DNA of 55,302 nt, taken from an uncultured virus (IMG/VR IMGVR_UViG_3300028833_000093) (taxonomy: Duplodnaviria; Heunggongvirae; Uroviricota; Caudoviricetes). Under the pieces are notes generated by a model, which saw only the letters and a program-made list of their open reading frames with translations, searched no databases and was not told the origin of the DNA. Made by a program: the position numbers and the translations under genes. The stretch lies in the IMG/VR virus record IMGVR_UViG_3300028833_000093; one strand, 5' to 3'. Below are positions 1 to 9,974 of the stretch, in pieces (the stretch's first letter is position 1; every line of letters starts with the position of its first letter).

Positions 1-8
1 ATGCTGTA

Positions 9-1085
9 TTGAAGAAAGTAAAAGGTACAGATTCTCGTTTGTTAGACTTCCAATTGTCTATGAAAGAGCATGATGACTTCTTCTTACCTTCATACAATGT
101 GAATAAGACAAAAGCAGTTGACCTTCCAAAATCTTATTTGCCTGTTTGGGAAGATCTAGACTCAATGACCGATGAAGAACGTAAGAAAGCTGATGAAGAT
201 TGTGGTAGAGGATTAATTTTCTTGGATGAGTTGTCTCGTGCAAAACCGCAAGTACAAGACGTTTGTTTGAAACTTGTAGATGAAAGAAAACTTGGTGAAA
301 AATATAAATTAGGTTCAGGTTGGTCAGTAATTGCAGCATCTAACCGTATGGAAGACGATATGGACACTCAACACGATTTGTCATTAGCTCTTGCAAACCG
401 TTTCCGTCAAGTCAACTATTCACCGACTTGTAAATCTTGGAGAAAATGGGCAGATAAACAAGGTTATATGAACAAACACGTTCTTGACTGGTTGGAGCAA
501 AACGAAAAATACTTCTACTACCAAGACAATGACGATACAAAGATTTATGCAACACCTCGTGCATGGGAAGGTGCATGTAAAGCTCTTGCTGATATGAGTT
601 ATACGGCAGACGAGGAAGGATTCGATTTGTTAGCATTACCAGATGACGTGATAATGGGAGAAGTTCAAGACTACGTAGGTTTAACAGCAGCACGTGCATT
701 TATGGATTATGTAAAACTTATGCGTACTATTGATATGGAACAATTGAAATTAGTTCTTACTGATCCGGACAAAGCTCCGCTTCCAAAGAAAGAAGGTAGT
801 ACATATAAATTGGATATCATCTATATTATCACTACTACTATCGTTTCATTCTTAAAAACACAACCAGATCCAAAAACATTTGAAAATATCTGTAAGTATT
901 ATGCAAGAATGAAAGATGAAAGTGCTGCTGGTAAGATGTTCTCAATGATTACTCATAAATTTGAAGAAATTAATAAAGGATTTGGAGAAAGTAATGAACC
1001 CGGCTGGAATGCTGATTACAAACCTGCATTGGATATCTTAATTGCTGCTTATCCTGAGTGGGAAAACGCTAATTTCGATGCATAA
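9..1085 (+). CDS. MoxR-like AAA+ ATPase (5' end probably truncated by the window)
   Basis: Walker B GLIFLDELSRA, sensor-1 IAASNR, ALANRF arginine finger, ATPRAW motif; Walker A not in window. Confidence 0.75.
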   Translation: MKKVKGTDSRLLDFQLSMKEHDDFFLPSYNVNKTKAVDLPKSYLPVWEDLDSMTDEERKKADEDCGRGLIFLDELSRAKPQVQDVCLKLVDERKLGEKYKLGSGWSVIAASNRMEDDMDTQHDLSLALANRFRQVNYSPTCKSWRKWADKQGYMNKHVLDWLEQNEKYFYYQDNDDTKIYATPRAWEGACKALADMSYTADEEGFDLLALPDDVIMGEVQDYVGLTAARAFMDYVKLMRTIDMEQLKLVLTDPDKAPLPKKEGSTYKLDIIYIITTTIVSFLKTQPDPKTFENICKYYARMKDESAAGKMFSMITHKFEEINKGFGESNEPGWNADYKPALDILIAAYPEWENANFDA

Positions 1086-1112
1086 ATAAAGCATTTTATT
1101 GAAAATGTTACA

Positions 1113-1150
1113 GAAAATGAGACAGAAAGTTAATTTTCTGTCTCATTTTT
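1113..1150 (+). terminator. Intrinsic terminator-like hairpin
   Basis: gaaaatgagacagaaa / tttctgtctcattttt inverted repeat after the ATPase stop. Confidence 0.6.
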
Positions 1151-1185
1151 ATATGTTTATGCGATGAAAAAACTAAAATTGAATA

Positions 1186-1380
1186 ATGACAGACCTATTA
1201 CACTCCCTAAGGATAGGTGATGAACTATATAGTCCACTTTGTGGTGATTGCAAAGTAGTTGTCCTTGATAGTGAGGAAATTTTTTGTATAACAGTTCGTA
1301 CTCCTTATGGGACAGATTTTGATTTCGACCGTTTTGGCAGGTATGCAGTAGGGGGTGCACCATTGCTATTTAGAAAGTAA
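1186..1380 (+). CDS. Hypothetical protein
   Basis: 64-aa ORF on the coding strand. Confidence 0.55.
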   Translation: MTDLLHSLRIGDELYSPLCGDCKVVVLDSEEIFCITVRTPYGTDFDFDRFGRYAVGGAPLLFRK

Positions 1381-1470
1381 AAATCAAAATAACTACTATT
1401 GATTATGAAGCTCGGCATGTAAATTGTTGAGCTTTATTTTTTTATTATATACACAAATTAGTATAATAGT

Positions 1471-3105
1471 GTGGGTTGTATTATAAAAAGAATATTACAA
1501 TTTCAGGATTCAGTAGTTTTTGGTCCCGTTAAAATCATAGATAACACCGGAGCTGATGTAACAAATACATGTTTATTCAGTTGGTCTGATGATATGGTAT
1601 GCTGGACAAATTGGGTGAACTACAAAACATACTTGAATTTAGCTAAAAACCTCGAAAGTGATTTCTTCTTAAGAGTATTGGTTATCACAACAGTAAATAG
1701 GGTTTTCATCAATAATATGGAAACCAATTGTTACAGTCTTTGTCTGTATAATCCAAATCCTTTTTTAGAAGATTTATGTAATCAAACACTATTCAATCCT
1801 TATGCCGGTCTGGATTGCGCTTTGCTTTTACAGAACCAACTAGCGAACAGCGTAATCTGTATGCTGGGAATTCCAATCTATTATTTCCGAGTACTTCCAC
1901 AGAAAGATACAGCAGATTACACTTTCAAGGAGTATATCATGCATAATGTTGAAAGCGTAAAGCAGATGAAGATGATGATCCAAGATGGAACAATGCCTTC
2001 TTCAAAACCACAATTCTCTGATTTGGATTTTGATTGGGAAGTAGATTGGGATGTTGAACTGAGTAAGCAACAGTTCGCTCAGGCATTCGGTGATACAGCA
2101 TTTCCAAAACAAAGAGATTTTATTTATGTGCCTATGATGAAACGTATGTGGGAGGTCAACTCTGCATATGACGAGAAGAATGAAGGCTTACTCTGGAGAC
2201 CAACCACATGGAAGCTGGGATTGATTAAATGGAATGAGAAAACCAATGTAGAACAAGGTGATTTTGATGAATATATAGACAAGTTGGTAGTAAATACATA
2301 CGATAATGTATTTGCTGAATTGGAAGAAAACGAACAAACCAGAACAACCGCTACGACACAAGTAGAAAGACCATTGTATACTGCCAATAATCTTGATAAC
2401 GTATTTTTACAAGATGCAATAAGAAAGCAAATGACCAAGAAACTGATAAATATTGCTGAGAAACAATACAATAATGGTTCGATTATTGTGGCAAAAAATA
2501 TTTATGAATTCAAAGATCCTACCGCTCTTATCACCTACCAAAAAGGTTATTGTGGTGAGGATGGTACACTCTCATTTATAATTGACATATCAGAAGTAAA
2601 ACCAATAATCGGAGAGTATAAGCCAATTATTTCTTTCGGTAATATAACTATTGAAACGGATGGGGTATCAGTTAAATTCGGCGATGCTGTTGCGAGATTA
2701 GATAAACAAAAAAATGATACCGGGGAAGTTATTTCTAATGAATATCTTGTAATCTGTAAATGGAATAGAAGAACATTCGTACAAGAAATCATCGCTTATC
2801 CATATACATATCCGGTTGATGTGCCTGTGTATAAATTGAAAGCAGAGATGTATAAGTTTGATTTTGATGTGGTAGAAGAGAACGGCAGTTGTGCTTACAA
2901 TAATGACAATATAACTTCAAAACAGCAAGAAGTAATTGTGATGGGGTATCCTGTAAAACTAACAAATATCAAATTGTTTAACAAATATTTGACTAATGAG
3001 GAAGCTATAAAAGAATCTATTAAGTATACAACCACATGTGCAAGCTGTGTACTGAACGATTTAGCAAGACCATTAGATTACGGAAACGGATATGCAGTTA
3101 AGTAA
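1471..3105 (+). CDS. Putative neck/head-completion protein (T4 gp14-like central region)
   Basis: GIPIYYFRVLP...DYTFKEY and FGDTAFPKQRDFIYVPMMKRMWEV resemble gp14-family motifs; structural context. Confidence 0.5.
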   Translation: MGCIIKRILQFQDSVVFGPVKIIDNTGADVTNTCLFSWSDDMVCWTNWVNYKTYLNLAKNLESDFFLRVLVITTVNRVFINNMETNCYSLCLYNPNPFLEDLCNQTLFNPYAGLDCALLLQNQLANSVICMLGIPIYYFRVLPQKDTADYTFKEYIMHNVESVKQMKMMIQDGTMPSSKPQFSDLDFDWEVDWDVELSKQQFAQAFGDTAFPKQRDFIYVPMMKRMWEVNSAYDEKNEGLLWRPTTWKLGLIKWNEKTNVEQGDFDEYIDKLVVNTYDNVFAELEENEQTRTTATTQVERPLYTANNLDNVFLQDAIRKQMTKKLINIAEKQYNNGSIIVAKNIYEFKDPTALITYQKGYCGEDGTLSFIIDISEVKPIIGEYKPIISFGNITIETDGVSVKFGDAVARLDKQKNDTGEVISNEYLVICKWNRRTFVQEIIAYPYTYPVDVPVYKLKAEMYKFDFDVVEENGSCAYNNDNITSKQQEVIVMGYPVKLTNIKLFNKYLTNEEAIKESIKYTTTCASCVLNDLARPLDYGNGYAVK

Positions 3106-4133
3106 TGAAAGATTTATACGGTTATATTGGTAAAAAGAATAGATGCAAATTGGTATGTCTAGGTGATATACTTGCACACGTAGAAGTGTATGAAGCAGCC
3201 AGACAAGGTAATTGTTTTGATTTTAAACCAATATTCACAGATATTAAACCCATAATAAAAAATGCTGACCTAGCTTTTTGTAACCAAGAATCTATTTTAG
3301 GTGGTGAAAAACTGGGTTTGCATGGCGGCGAGTACAAGAAAATCGGTACAGAAGCAAATCCTATATTCAATTCTCCGTATGAATTGGGTGATGCAGTGAT
3401 TGATTGTGGATTTAATCTTATATCATTAGCAAATAATCATACATTAGATAATGGTGAAGCTGGTGTACGTAATTCGCTTGAATTTTGGAGACAACAATTC
3501 AGACGTGCCTATACATCAGGATCTTGGAATAATGATATTGACAGAAGTTTTATAAGAATACAGTCATGCAACGGTATAAGATTTGCCTTTATAGCATACA
3601 CTGCAAAAACAAATACAATATTACCACCATCTGGAAAAGATTATCTAACAAATATATATTCACCAGAAAAAGCGAAGAGAGATATTGATAGTATAAGAGA
3701 CAAAGTAGATATGATTATAGTATCAATGCATTGGGGAACTGAATATAATTTGGGAAAAATAGATGATAACCAAAAAGAAATTGCTGAGTATCTATCAAGC
3801 CTTGGCGTAAACATAATCATTGGGCATCATCCACATGTCATAGAGCCTATCGAATTTATAAATGATACGCTTGTTATTTATTCATTAGGTAATGGGTTAG
3901 CAAGACAAGATGGTGATGACTTGATGAAACGTATTGGTGCAATGGTAACTGTTGATATAAACAATTCTCGTGAAAAATTAAATATCAAATTAGACAATAT
4001 TGAACTAACCTATATATATTATACAAATAACTATAAAGACTTTAAGATTATTCCATTTTCTCAACTGACTGATAATGAACTGCCAGATTATAAGAAAATA
4101 GAAAACGAATATATGAAATATATCAAAAAATGA
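3105..4133 (+). CDS. CapA/PGA_cap-family metallophosphoesterase
   Basis: GD, NQES, SLANNHTLD, SMHWGTEY, GHHPHVIEP, YSLGN motifs. Confidence 0.9.
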   Translation: MKDLYGYIGKKNRCKLVCLGDILAHVEVYEAARQGNCFDFKPIFTDIKPIIKNADLAFCNQESILGGEKLGLHGGEYKKIGTEANPIFNSPYELGDAVIDCGFNLISLANNHTLDNGEAGVRNSLEFWRQQFRRAYTSGSWNNDIDRSFIRIQSCNGIRFAFIAYTAKTNTILPPSGKDYLTNIYSPEKAKRDIDSIRDKVDMIIVSMHWGTEYNLGKIDDNQKEIAEYLSSLGVNIIIGHHPHVIEPIEFINDTLVIYSLGNGLARQDGDDLMKRIGAMVTVDINNSREKLNIKLDNIELTYIYYTNNYKDFKIIPFSQLTDNELPDYKKIENEYMKYIKK

Positions 4134-5299
4134 AATCACTATTTAACTATATTAACGAAAATACTATACACAAACTTTCAAAATCGGAACGAAAGATATT
4201 ATTGAGTATAGACAGAGATTATAAAGAGTTATATACTGAATATTGGAATAAATGGTATGATAGTGGTGTAACTAATCAACGCAGCGAATTTAAGAAATTT
4301 ATGGATGCTCGTAAAAATGGTGAAAAATACTACCCACAACTACAAATATCATTAGACGCATTGGATAGCAGTTTTCTTAAGAAATGCCGTGTTCTTCGTG
4401 CTAGGTGTACACAGTTTCCATGTTTTCTTAGTAAATATTATATTGGCAAGATTGATGAGATGTATTGTCAAGCTAACTGGGCAGTCAACCCATGCAAAGA
4501 GACGATGAACGAATTCAATCATTTTTTGCATGTTGATATTGATGATGACACTTATAATAGTGCAATGAAAATGCTCAATGATCATCCATGGGAAGATGTA
4601 TCTGATGAACAAACGATGACAGGGGTCGATGTAGTTCCACAATTACAGCAGCATATAGAGAAACTAGGTTACGAATACGATGCAGTTCTTAATGATAATC
4701 TGTTAGCACGTATGAAAGTGATACCGAACAGACCAGAGCTGCAAATAAAAACAAGTGCAAAATATTCAAAAATCGATGTAGGTAGCTTAAAAGTACACGA
4801 AGTAGAAGTACATTGCGGTAGACGTTATTACGGTATGCAACAAGGTTTATATTTGATGTTAGATGGACTACCAGGACGTAACACATTAGATGAAGGTATG
4901 GCAATATACAATTCAATGCATATGAATCCAATGGGCATCAAACCGAATCTGTTCTGGAAAGTAGCAATAAAAATATATATAGCAAAACATATAGATAAAG
5001 ATTTTTGCGATTTATTTGAAGATATTAAATCGTTATGTCCTACAGCGCCAGACAGAGAAATTTTTGAAAACCTGTTACGATTCAAACGAATGCTCAAAGA
5101 CTGTTCATTACCAGGAGGAGACTGTTTAATACAATCTGATTATTTTATAGGTTATCAAATGATAAAGAAAATGGATGAACAATTACGTAAAGATATATTG
5201 CATTATAATATCGGGCCTGCACAGATTGGAGAATTAGATAATATTAAGAAATTTTTTAAGTTGAACAAATTCAAAAAAATATCAAAAGACAATATATAA
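4130..5299 (+). CDS. DUF1704/MATCAP-like (QEGLA-motif) zinc metallopeptidase
   Basis: HEVEVH (HExxxH), downstream DEGMA, YFIGY. Confidence 0.7.
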   Translation: MKSLFNYINENTIHKLSKSERKILLSIDRDYKELYTEYWNKWYDSGVTNQRSEFKKFMDARKNGEKYYPQLQISLDALDSSFLKKCRVLRARCTQFPCFLSKYYIGKIDEMYCQANWAVNPCKETMNEFNHFLHVDIDDDTYNSAMKMLNDHPWEDVSDEQTMTGVDVVPQLQQHIEKLGYEYDAVLNDNLLARMKVIPNRPELQIKTSAKYSKIDVGSLKVHEVEVHCGRRYYGMQQGLYLMLDGLPGRNTLDEGMAIYNSMHMNPMGIKPNLFWKVAIKIYIAKHIDKDFCDLFEDIKSLCPTAPDREIFENLLRFKRMLKDCSLPGGDCLIQSDYFIGYQMIKKMDEQLRKDILHYNIGPAQIGELDNIKKFFKLNKFKKISKDNI

Positions 5300-6459
5300 T
5301 GAAATCATTAAAATCATATATAATAAAAGCAGATTCTAAGCTAAAACTGACTGAAGAACAGAAAAAAACATTGCTTGATTTTGATAGGAAGTATAATAAA
5401 TTAATTATGCTTTTTAGAAACGAACACAATGGAAAAGATATATTGAATTTTAAAGAAGAACGAGATAAGTTTATATCTGAATATAAAGCCGGAAGAAAAT
5501 ACTATCCACTATTAAAATTTAACAAAGACAAAATCAATCCAACTGAGATGAAAAATAAATTTCAGCAGTTATTATTAGAGATTGAGTTGATTGATTTTGA
5601 TTGTATTCTGTTTAAGTATTATAAGCGTTCGATAAATTTCATGATTATGGTGTGTGAGCATCTTGAAAAGAAATATGTAGGACATTATTTCACTGTTACA
5701 TATCCTTCTGAGATTACCAATGAGATTTATCAGGAAGCATTAAATATCATAACACATTATAACTACGAACAAAATGTTACTGATGGTCGAAATAGAGATG
5801 CTGAATATGCGAAAGAAAAAATAGAAGCAGCAGTAAAAGAACTTGGTTATGACTGGGAAGTTAAGATATATGATAACATGGTACCACGTATGAATGTGTT
5901 GCCAAATGGTATTGTTCGTATTAATAAAACTGCAAAATTCAGTGATGTTGATATTGATGGTCTTATAGCACATGAGATTAAAGGTCATGTCGGTCGTAGG
6001 TATTATGGTAAGAAAACAGGATTATACCTGTTTGTACATGGGTTACCAAACAGAAATATATATGATGAAGGCTTGGCAGTATGGAATAGTTTAAATTTAT
6101 GTGAAAAACCAAAACCAAATATATTGTTCAATATTGCTTTAAAATGTTTTATCGCATATAACGCTCAACATTTAGATTTTTATGATTTATTTGAGTTATG
6201 CAAAAAAACGGTTCCTTTTGTTGAAGATAAGAAAATCGTAAGTGCATTATTAAGAAATAAACGCGATGAAGTAGACACTAGTTTACTCGGGGGTGATATT
6301 ACAGATGCATCGTATTTTGTTGGGTATAAATTAATTAATGCGATGAACGATAAAGAGCGAGATGATATTCTAAAATGGAATATCGGTCCAGACCAAATAA
6401 ATGATCTACCTAATATTAAGCGCTTCTTTAATCTAAATAAATTTGAACCGTTGATATGA
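5299..6459 (+). CDS. DUF1704/MATCAP-like zinc metallopeptidase (paralog)
   Basis: HEIKGH, DEGLA, YFVGY; clear paralog of the upstream ORF (GRRYYG, NIGPxQI). Confidence 0.72.
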   Translation: MKSLKSYIIKADSKLKLTEEQKKTLLDFDRKYNKLIMLFRNEHNGKDILNFKEERDKFISEYKAGRKYYPLLKFNKDKINPTEMKNKFQQLLLEIELIDFDCILFKYYKRSINFMIMVCEHLEKKYVGHYFTVTYPSEITNEIYQEALNIITHYNYEQNVTDGRNRDAEYAKEKIEAAVKELGYDWEVKIYDNMVPRMNVLPNGIVRINKTAKFSDVDIDGLIAHEIKGHVGRRYYGKKTGLYLFVHGLPNRNIYDEGLAVWNSLNLCEKPKPNILFNIALKCFIAYNAQHLDFYDLFELCKKTVPFVEDKKIVSALLRNKRDEVDTSLLGGDITDASYFVGYKLINAMNDKERDDILKWNIGPDQINDLPNIKRFFNLNKFEPLI

Positions 6460-7187
6460 TAAGTTTATATGAAAGCATATTAGGTAGTACCAAATCCGGA
6501 AAACGAGCATTGGTAGAACAATGGTGTGTAGAAAACAGACCATTTAATGGACATTATGAGATTACATCAAATAATGAAATAAAATGTACACAAGTAGGTA
6601 ATGCACTCACTATCTCATATGAAGATTATAATGAATTACCAGATTATATACAGTTTGCCGATGATCCTAATCTTGAGGTTATACTCGGAGGAGGTATGTA
6701 TCGTGGACGTCGGGTGGCACCTAAATCGCTCAGAGGACTACCAAAACGTTGTAAAGTTCTTAATATCAATTTGAATGCTCTCGAGCTTCCTGATTTAGAG
6801 ATTACAGTAGATAGTTTAGTAGTTCAAACCAATATAACAAAACTAAATAAATTTGTTGTAAATTTTGAAGGGTATCACTGCAATTTTAGATTAAGAGCTT
6901 TTGAAATTAAATCATTTGATGAAATTACATTAAATGGTGTTAAAATTATCAACATGGTAAATGATTTCAATTGGGGAGATGAGTTTTCTAAACAAGTAGC
7001 AAGAAAAGCAGAAATGAATAAGTATAAAGATCGTTATGAAACACCAATTTCTGATGCAGCGCTTGAAGTAGTAAACACATTCTTCGGTAAACATATCGAC
7101 ATAAAAGATTTACAGGAGATAGACTATACACAGAACTCCAGGTTTGTAAAAAATAACGGTAAATGGTACAGATGTAAGAACTGGTAA
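6456..7187 (+). CDS. Hypothetical protein with YESIL-type N-terminal leader
   Basis: MISLYESILGSTKSGK shared with ORFs at 35031-38003. Confidence 0.7.
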   Translation: MISLYESILGSTKSGKRALVEQWCVENRPFNGHYEITSNNEIKCTQVGNALTISYEDYNELPDYIQFADDPNLEVILGGGMYRGRRVAPKSLRGLPKRCKVLNINLNALELPDLEITVDSLVVQTNITKLNKFVVNFEGYHCNFRLRAFEIKSFDEITLNGVKIINMVNDFNWGDEFSKQVARKAEMNKYKDRYETPISDAALEVVNTFFGKHIDIKDLQEIDYTQNSRFVKNNGKWYRCKNW

Positions 7188-7240
7188 TTAATTGTTGTAG
7201 CAAAAATGTTATTATTTAATTTGTAAAAACTGTTTTAATT

Positions 7241-7477
7241 ATGAAAAGTTTAGTAGAATCTATCAATGAAGGTATTTTTGATTTCTTCAAAATACAAAAA
7301 CAATTTACCGAACTTCAAGCGGATGTTACAGCTAAATATGAAGAGACAAAATCTGAACATGAATTAAAAAGATATGCTGAAGAAGTATTTCCTAAATATA
7401 TAACAAACGAAAAAGCAATATCTTTTAAGGATTGGTGGCCTGATTTTTATAAAGCATTAACAAGATTTAACAAATAA
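7241..7477 (+). CDS. Small hypothetical protein, possible internal head protein
   Basis: N-terminus MKSLVESINE. Confidence 0.65.
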   Translation: MKSLVESINEGIFDFFKIQKQFTELQADVTAKYEETKSEHELKRYAEEVFPKYITNEKAISFKDWWPDFYKALTRFNK

Positions 7478-7489
7478 AAATAGCAATAT

Positions 7490-7729
7490 ATGAAAAACTT
7501 AGTAGATTTTATAAACGAAGGCAATATATCGAACACTGAAAGAAAATATCGTGAGTTCTGCCAAATGTGCTTAGGATATAATGTAAATCTAGAAGAAGTA
7601 AGTGTAAGAAAAACAAGTAAGAACAATTGGGCTGTTTATGTAAATGGTAAACGCAGATTTACAGCTAGCGGCAATATTTTAGACCAAGCTACAGTCGAGA
7701 AATATGGTATTAAATTAAAAGAAGACTAA
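7490..7729 (+). CDS. Small hypothetical protein, possible internal head protein
   Basis: N-terminus MKNLVDFINE. Confidence 0.65.
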   Translation: MKNLVDFINEGNISNTERKYREFCQMCLGYNVNLEEVSVRKTSKNNWAVYVNGKRRFTASGNILDQATVEKYGIKLKED

Positions 7730-7788
7730 GGAGAATTTTCATAGTTTATTTTTTCTTTTTATTATTGAGTAAAATAAGTTTGACTAAA

Positions 7789-9222
7789 ATGGCAAAGAAA
7801 GGTATTATATATGAAACGCTAAATGAAGTAAAGTCAATGGATATCCAAAAAACCAATGACGGTTTTATGCATTTAAGCGGTGTATTTGGTGTTTGTGGTG
7901 TACGTAACAATAACCAACGTGTATATGAGACAGCCAATTATAAGAAAATGGTTGAGTCTATGCAAGAAAGATTGAAGAAAGCTCCTATCCCCGGTGAGTT
8001 GGAACACCCTCAAACAATGAATATCACTACTGAGAATATCTCACACCGTATTGATTCTATTCAAATCGATGAGCAAGGTGTAGTAAGTGGTGAAATCACA
8101 TTGTTAAACACTCCAAAAGGAAAAATCGCTCAAGCAATCGTTGAAGGCGGACTTCCATTGTTTATTTCATCTAGAGCACAAGGTCAAGTAGATCGTAATG
8201 GTAATGTAACACTCGAGATGTTACAAACTTATGATTTAGTTGGTTCACCCGGATTCTCACAAGCTGAATTGCACTTGAATGAAAATCAATGTTATGAGTG
8301 CATTTGTGAAGGTCTAGATTTTATTGGTGACAAAGAGGATTCTGAAGTAAATGAAAATCAAAACAATAACGAAGATATGGACGCTGAACAATTAAAACAA
8401 ATTCAAGAACAACTTGAAGAACTAAAGAGTCAAGTTGAATACTTATCTGAACAAAACAACCTTCTTCAAGAACAAGTTGATGAAAAACAAGATATTGATT
8501 TAGAACAACTTGCCAATGGTATTCAAAGTTGGATTGTAGAACAATATAGTCCAGAGTTACAGAATTGGATTGTTGAAGAGTACTCACAAAAGGTTCAAGA
8601 TTGGGTAGTTGAAAATTACAGTGAAGAAGTACAAAAATGGGTAGTAGAACATTTCGCTCCTGAAGTACAAAACTGGATTGTAGAACACTATTCACCAGAA
8701 GTACAAAACTGGGTAACTGAACAATTTGGTACCGATATGAAGAAGTGGGTTGCAGAAAGTTATTCTGAGAACTTACAAAAATGGTTAACTGAGCACTATG
8801 AGCCAGAATTGAAAAACCAAATTACTGAATCCTTTAAGGCGGAGTTAAACGAAGCAAAGAATTCAAAATTTAATATGATTGATAGCATTCTTGAAATGTT
8901 AGAAAACAAACAAGTTCAAAAACCAGTATATGGTAGAAAAGCTTTGTTAAACGAGAATGCTAACGCACCGAAGTATATTGCTGAGATGCCTGCTGATGTA
9001 AGAGTAAAATATGACTTAGCATCACAAGACATCAAAGAATCAATTGACCGAAAAGCTAAATTGTATGACTGGTCAAAAGAGAATGCAATTGAAAACTTCT
9101 GGGAGAGTATTGATTTTAATGCACAACCTAACGTAAACAACGTAATGGAAGGTCTCGACAAAATCACTGATGAGAGAGAACGTTCTATTCGTGAAAGTAT
9201 TCGTCGTTGGAGAAACCGCTAA
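7789..9222 (+). CDS. Prohead core protease (T4 gp21-like) fused to an acidic coiled-coil/scaffold-like region
   Basis: NNNQRVY, GELEHP (His), LLNTPKGKIA, ISSRAQG (Ser), TYDLVGSPGFSQA; ATG at 7789 taken as start. Confidence 0.85.
   Translation: MAKKGIIYETLNEVKSMDIQKTNDGFMHLSGVFGVCGVRNNNQRVYETANYKKMVESMQERLKKAPIPGELEHPQTMNITTENISHRIDSIQIDEQGVVSGEITLLNTPKGKIAQAIVEGGLPLFISSRAQGQVDRNGNVTLEMLQTYDLVGSPGFSQAELHLNENQCYECICEGLDFIGDKEDSEVNENQNNNEDMDAEQLKQIQEQLEELKSQVEYLSEQNNLLQEQVDEKQDIDLEQLANGIQSWIVEQYSPELQNWIVEEYSQKVQDWVVENYSEEVQKWVVEHFAPEVQNWIVEHYSPEVQNWVTEQFGTDMKKWVAESYSENLQKWLTEHYEPELKNQITESFKAELNEAKNSKFNMIDSILEMLENKQVQKPVYGRKALLNENANAPKYIAEMPADVRVKYDLASQDIKESIDRKAKLYDWSKENAIENFWESIDFNAQPNVNNVMEGLDKITDERERSIRESIRRWRNR
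8521..8808 (+). repeat. 8 x 12-aa (36-nt) tandem repeat in the protease C-terminal region
   Basis: IQSWIVEQYSPE / LQNWIVEEYSQK / VQDWVVENYSEE / VQKWVVEHFAPE ... Confidence 0.85.
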
Positions 9223-9250
9223 TAAAATCTTACTTACTCACAATCAGACA

Positions 9251-9279
9251 AGGTGCAAATTTTTATTTGCACCTTTTTT
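9251..9279 (+). terminator. Intrinsic terminator
   Basis: aggtgcaaat-tttt-atttgcacct followed by a T-tract. Confidence 0.65.
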
Positions 9280-9315
9280 GTTTTTATTATAGTATTTGAA
9301 TTATTAAGCGATGTT

Positions 9316-9597
9316 ATGGAAAAGAGCATTAAAGAACAAATACTTGAGCAACGTGAAATGCTGATTGAAAGCAAGTCTGATGAATTAGCACGAGCTATCA
9401 AGGAAGGACAAGAAATAGATGAAGGATTTTTTACTTCATTATTAGGTGGTCTGGCAGGTGTTACGGCTGGTGCTACCGTAATGAAAGCATTATGTAAAGC
9501 AATCGGTGTGGAGAAAGGTTTGTTATATGACTTTTTAACATCTAAAGTACTTTGTGGTGTAGCAGGAGCAGCAATTGCAAATAATTTAGGAAAATGA
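9316..9597 (+). CDS. Small Gly/Ala-rich, possibly membrane or virion protein
   Basis: ATG at 9316; EIDEGFFTSLLGGLAG hydrophobic segment. Confidence 0.6.
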   Translation: MEKSIKEQILEQREMLIESKSDELARAIKEGQEIDEGFFTSLLGGLAGVTAGATVMKALCKAIGVEKGLLYDFLTSKVLCGVAGAAIANNLGK

Positions 9598-9974
9598 AAT
9601 CATTGTTCGAACATATCACCGAAGCGATAATGAAGTTCGAGAAGAAATTTGAACTCGAATTTACTATCAATAAATCTTTCCATGCCACAGAAAGACAATC
9701 AAGACATGGTGAAGATGAAGAACACTTTATCAGCGACGATGAAATACTCGAAGAAGTAAAGAAAGCTTCAGAAACAATTATTGAAGATATTGTTCAAGAC
9801 AACATCAATATAGGAGACCGATTTATTATACGAGATGCGAATACTGATTTGAATATTGTTTGTCAATTGCATCATGGTACCGCTAAAGATAAATTACGTG
9901 TAGATATCGTTACTTTAATAAGAACCGACAAATTCTGGAATACAAAACAAAACTGGGTAATTGTAATAAGATGA
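9594..9974 (+). CDS. Hypothetical protein
   Basis: N-terminus MKSLFEHITE; coupled to neighbours. Confidence 0.65.
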   Translation: MKSLFEHITEAIMKFEKKFELEFTINKSFHATERQSRHGEDEEHFISDDEILEEVKKASETIIEDIVQDNINIGDRFIIRDANTDLNIVCQLHHGTAKDKLRVDIVTLIRTDKFWNTKQNWVIVIR

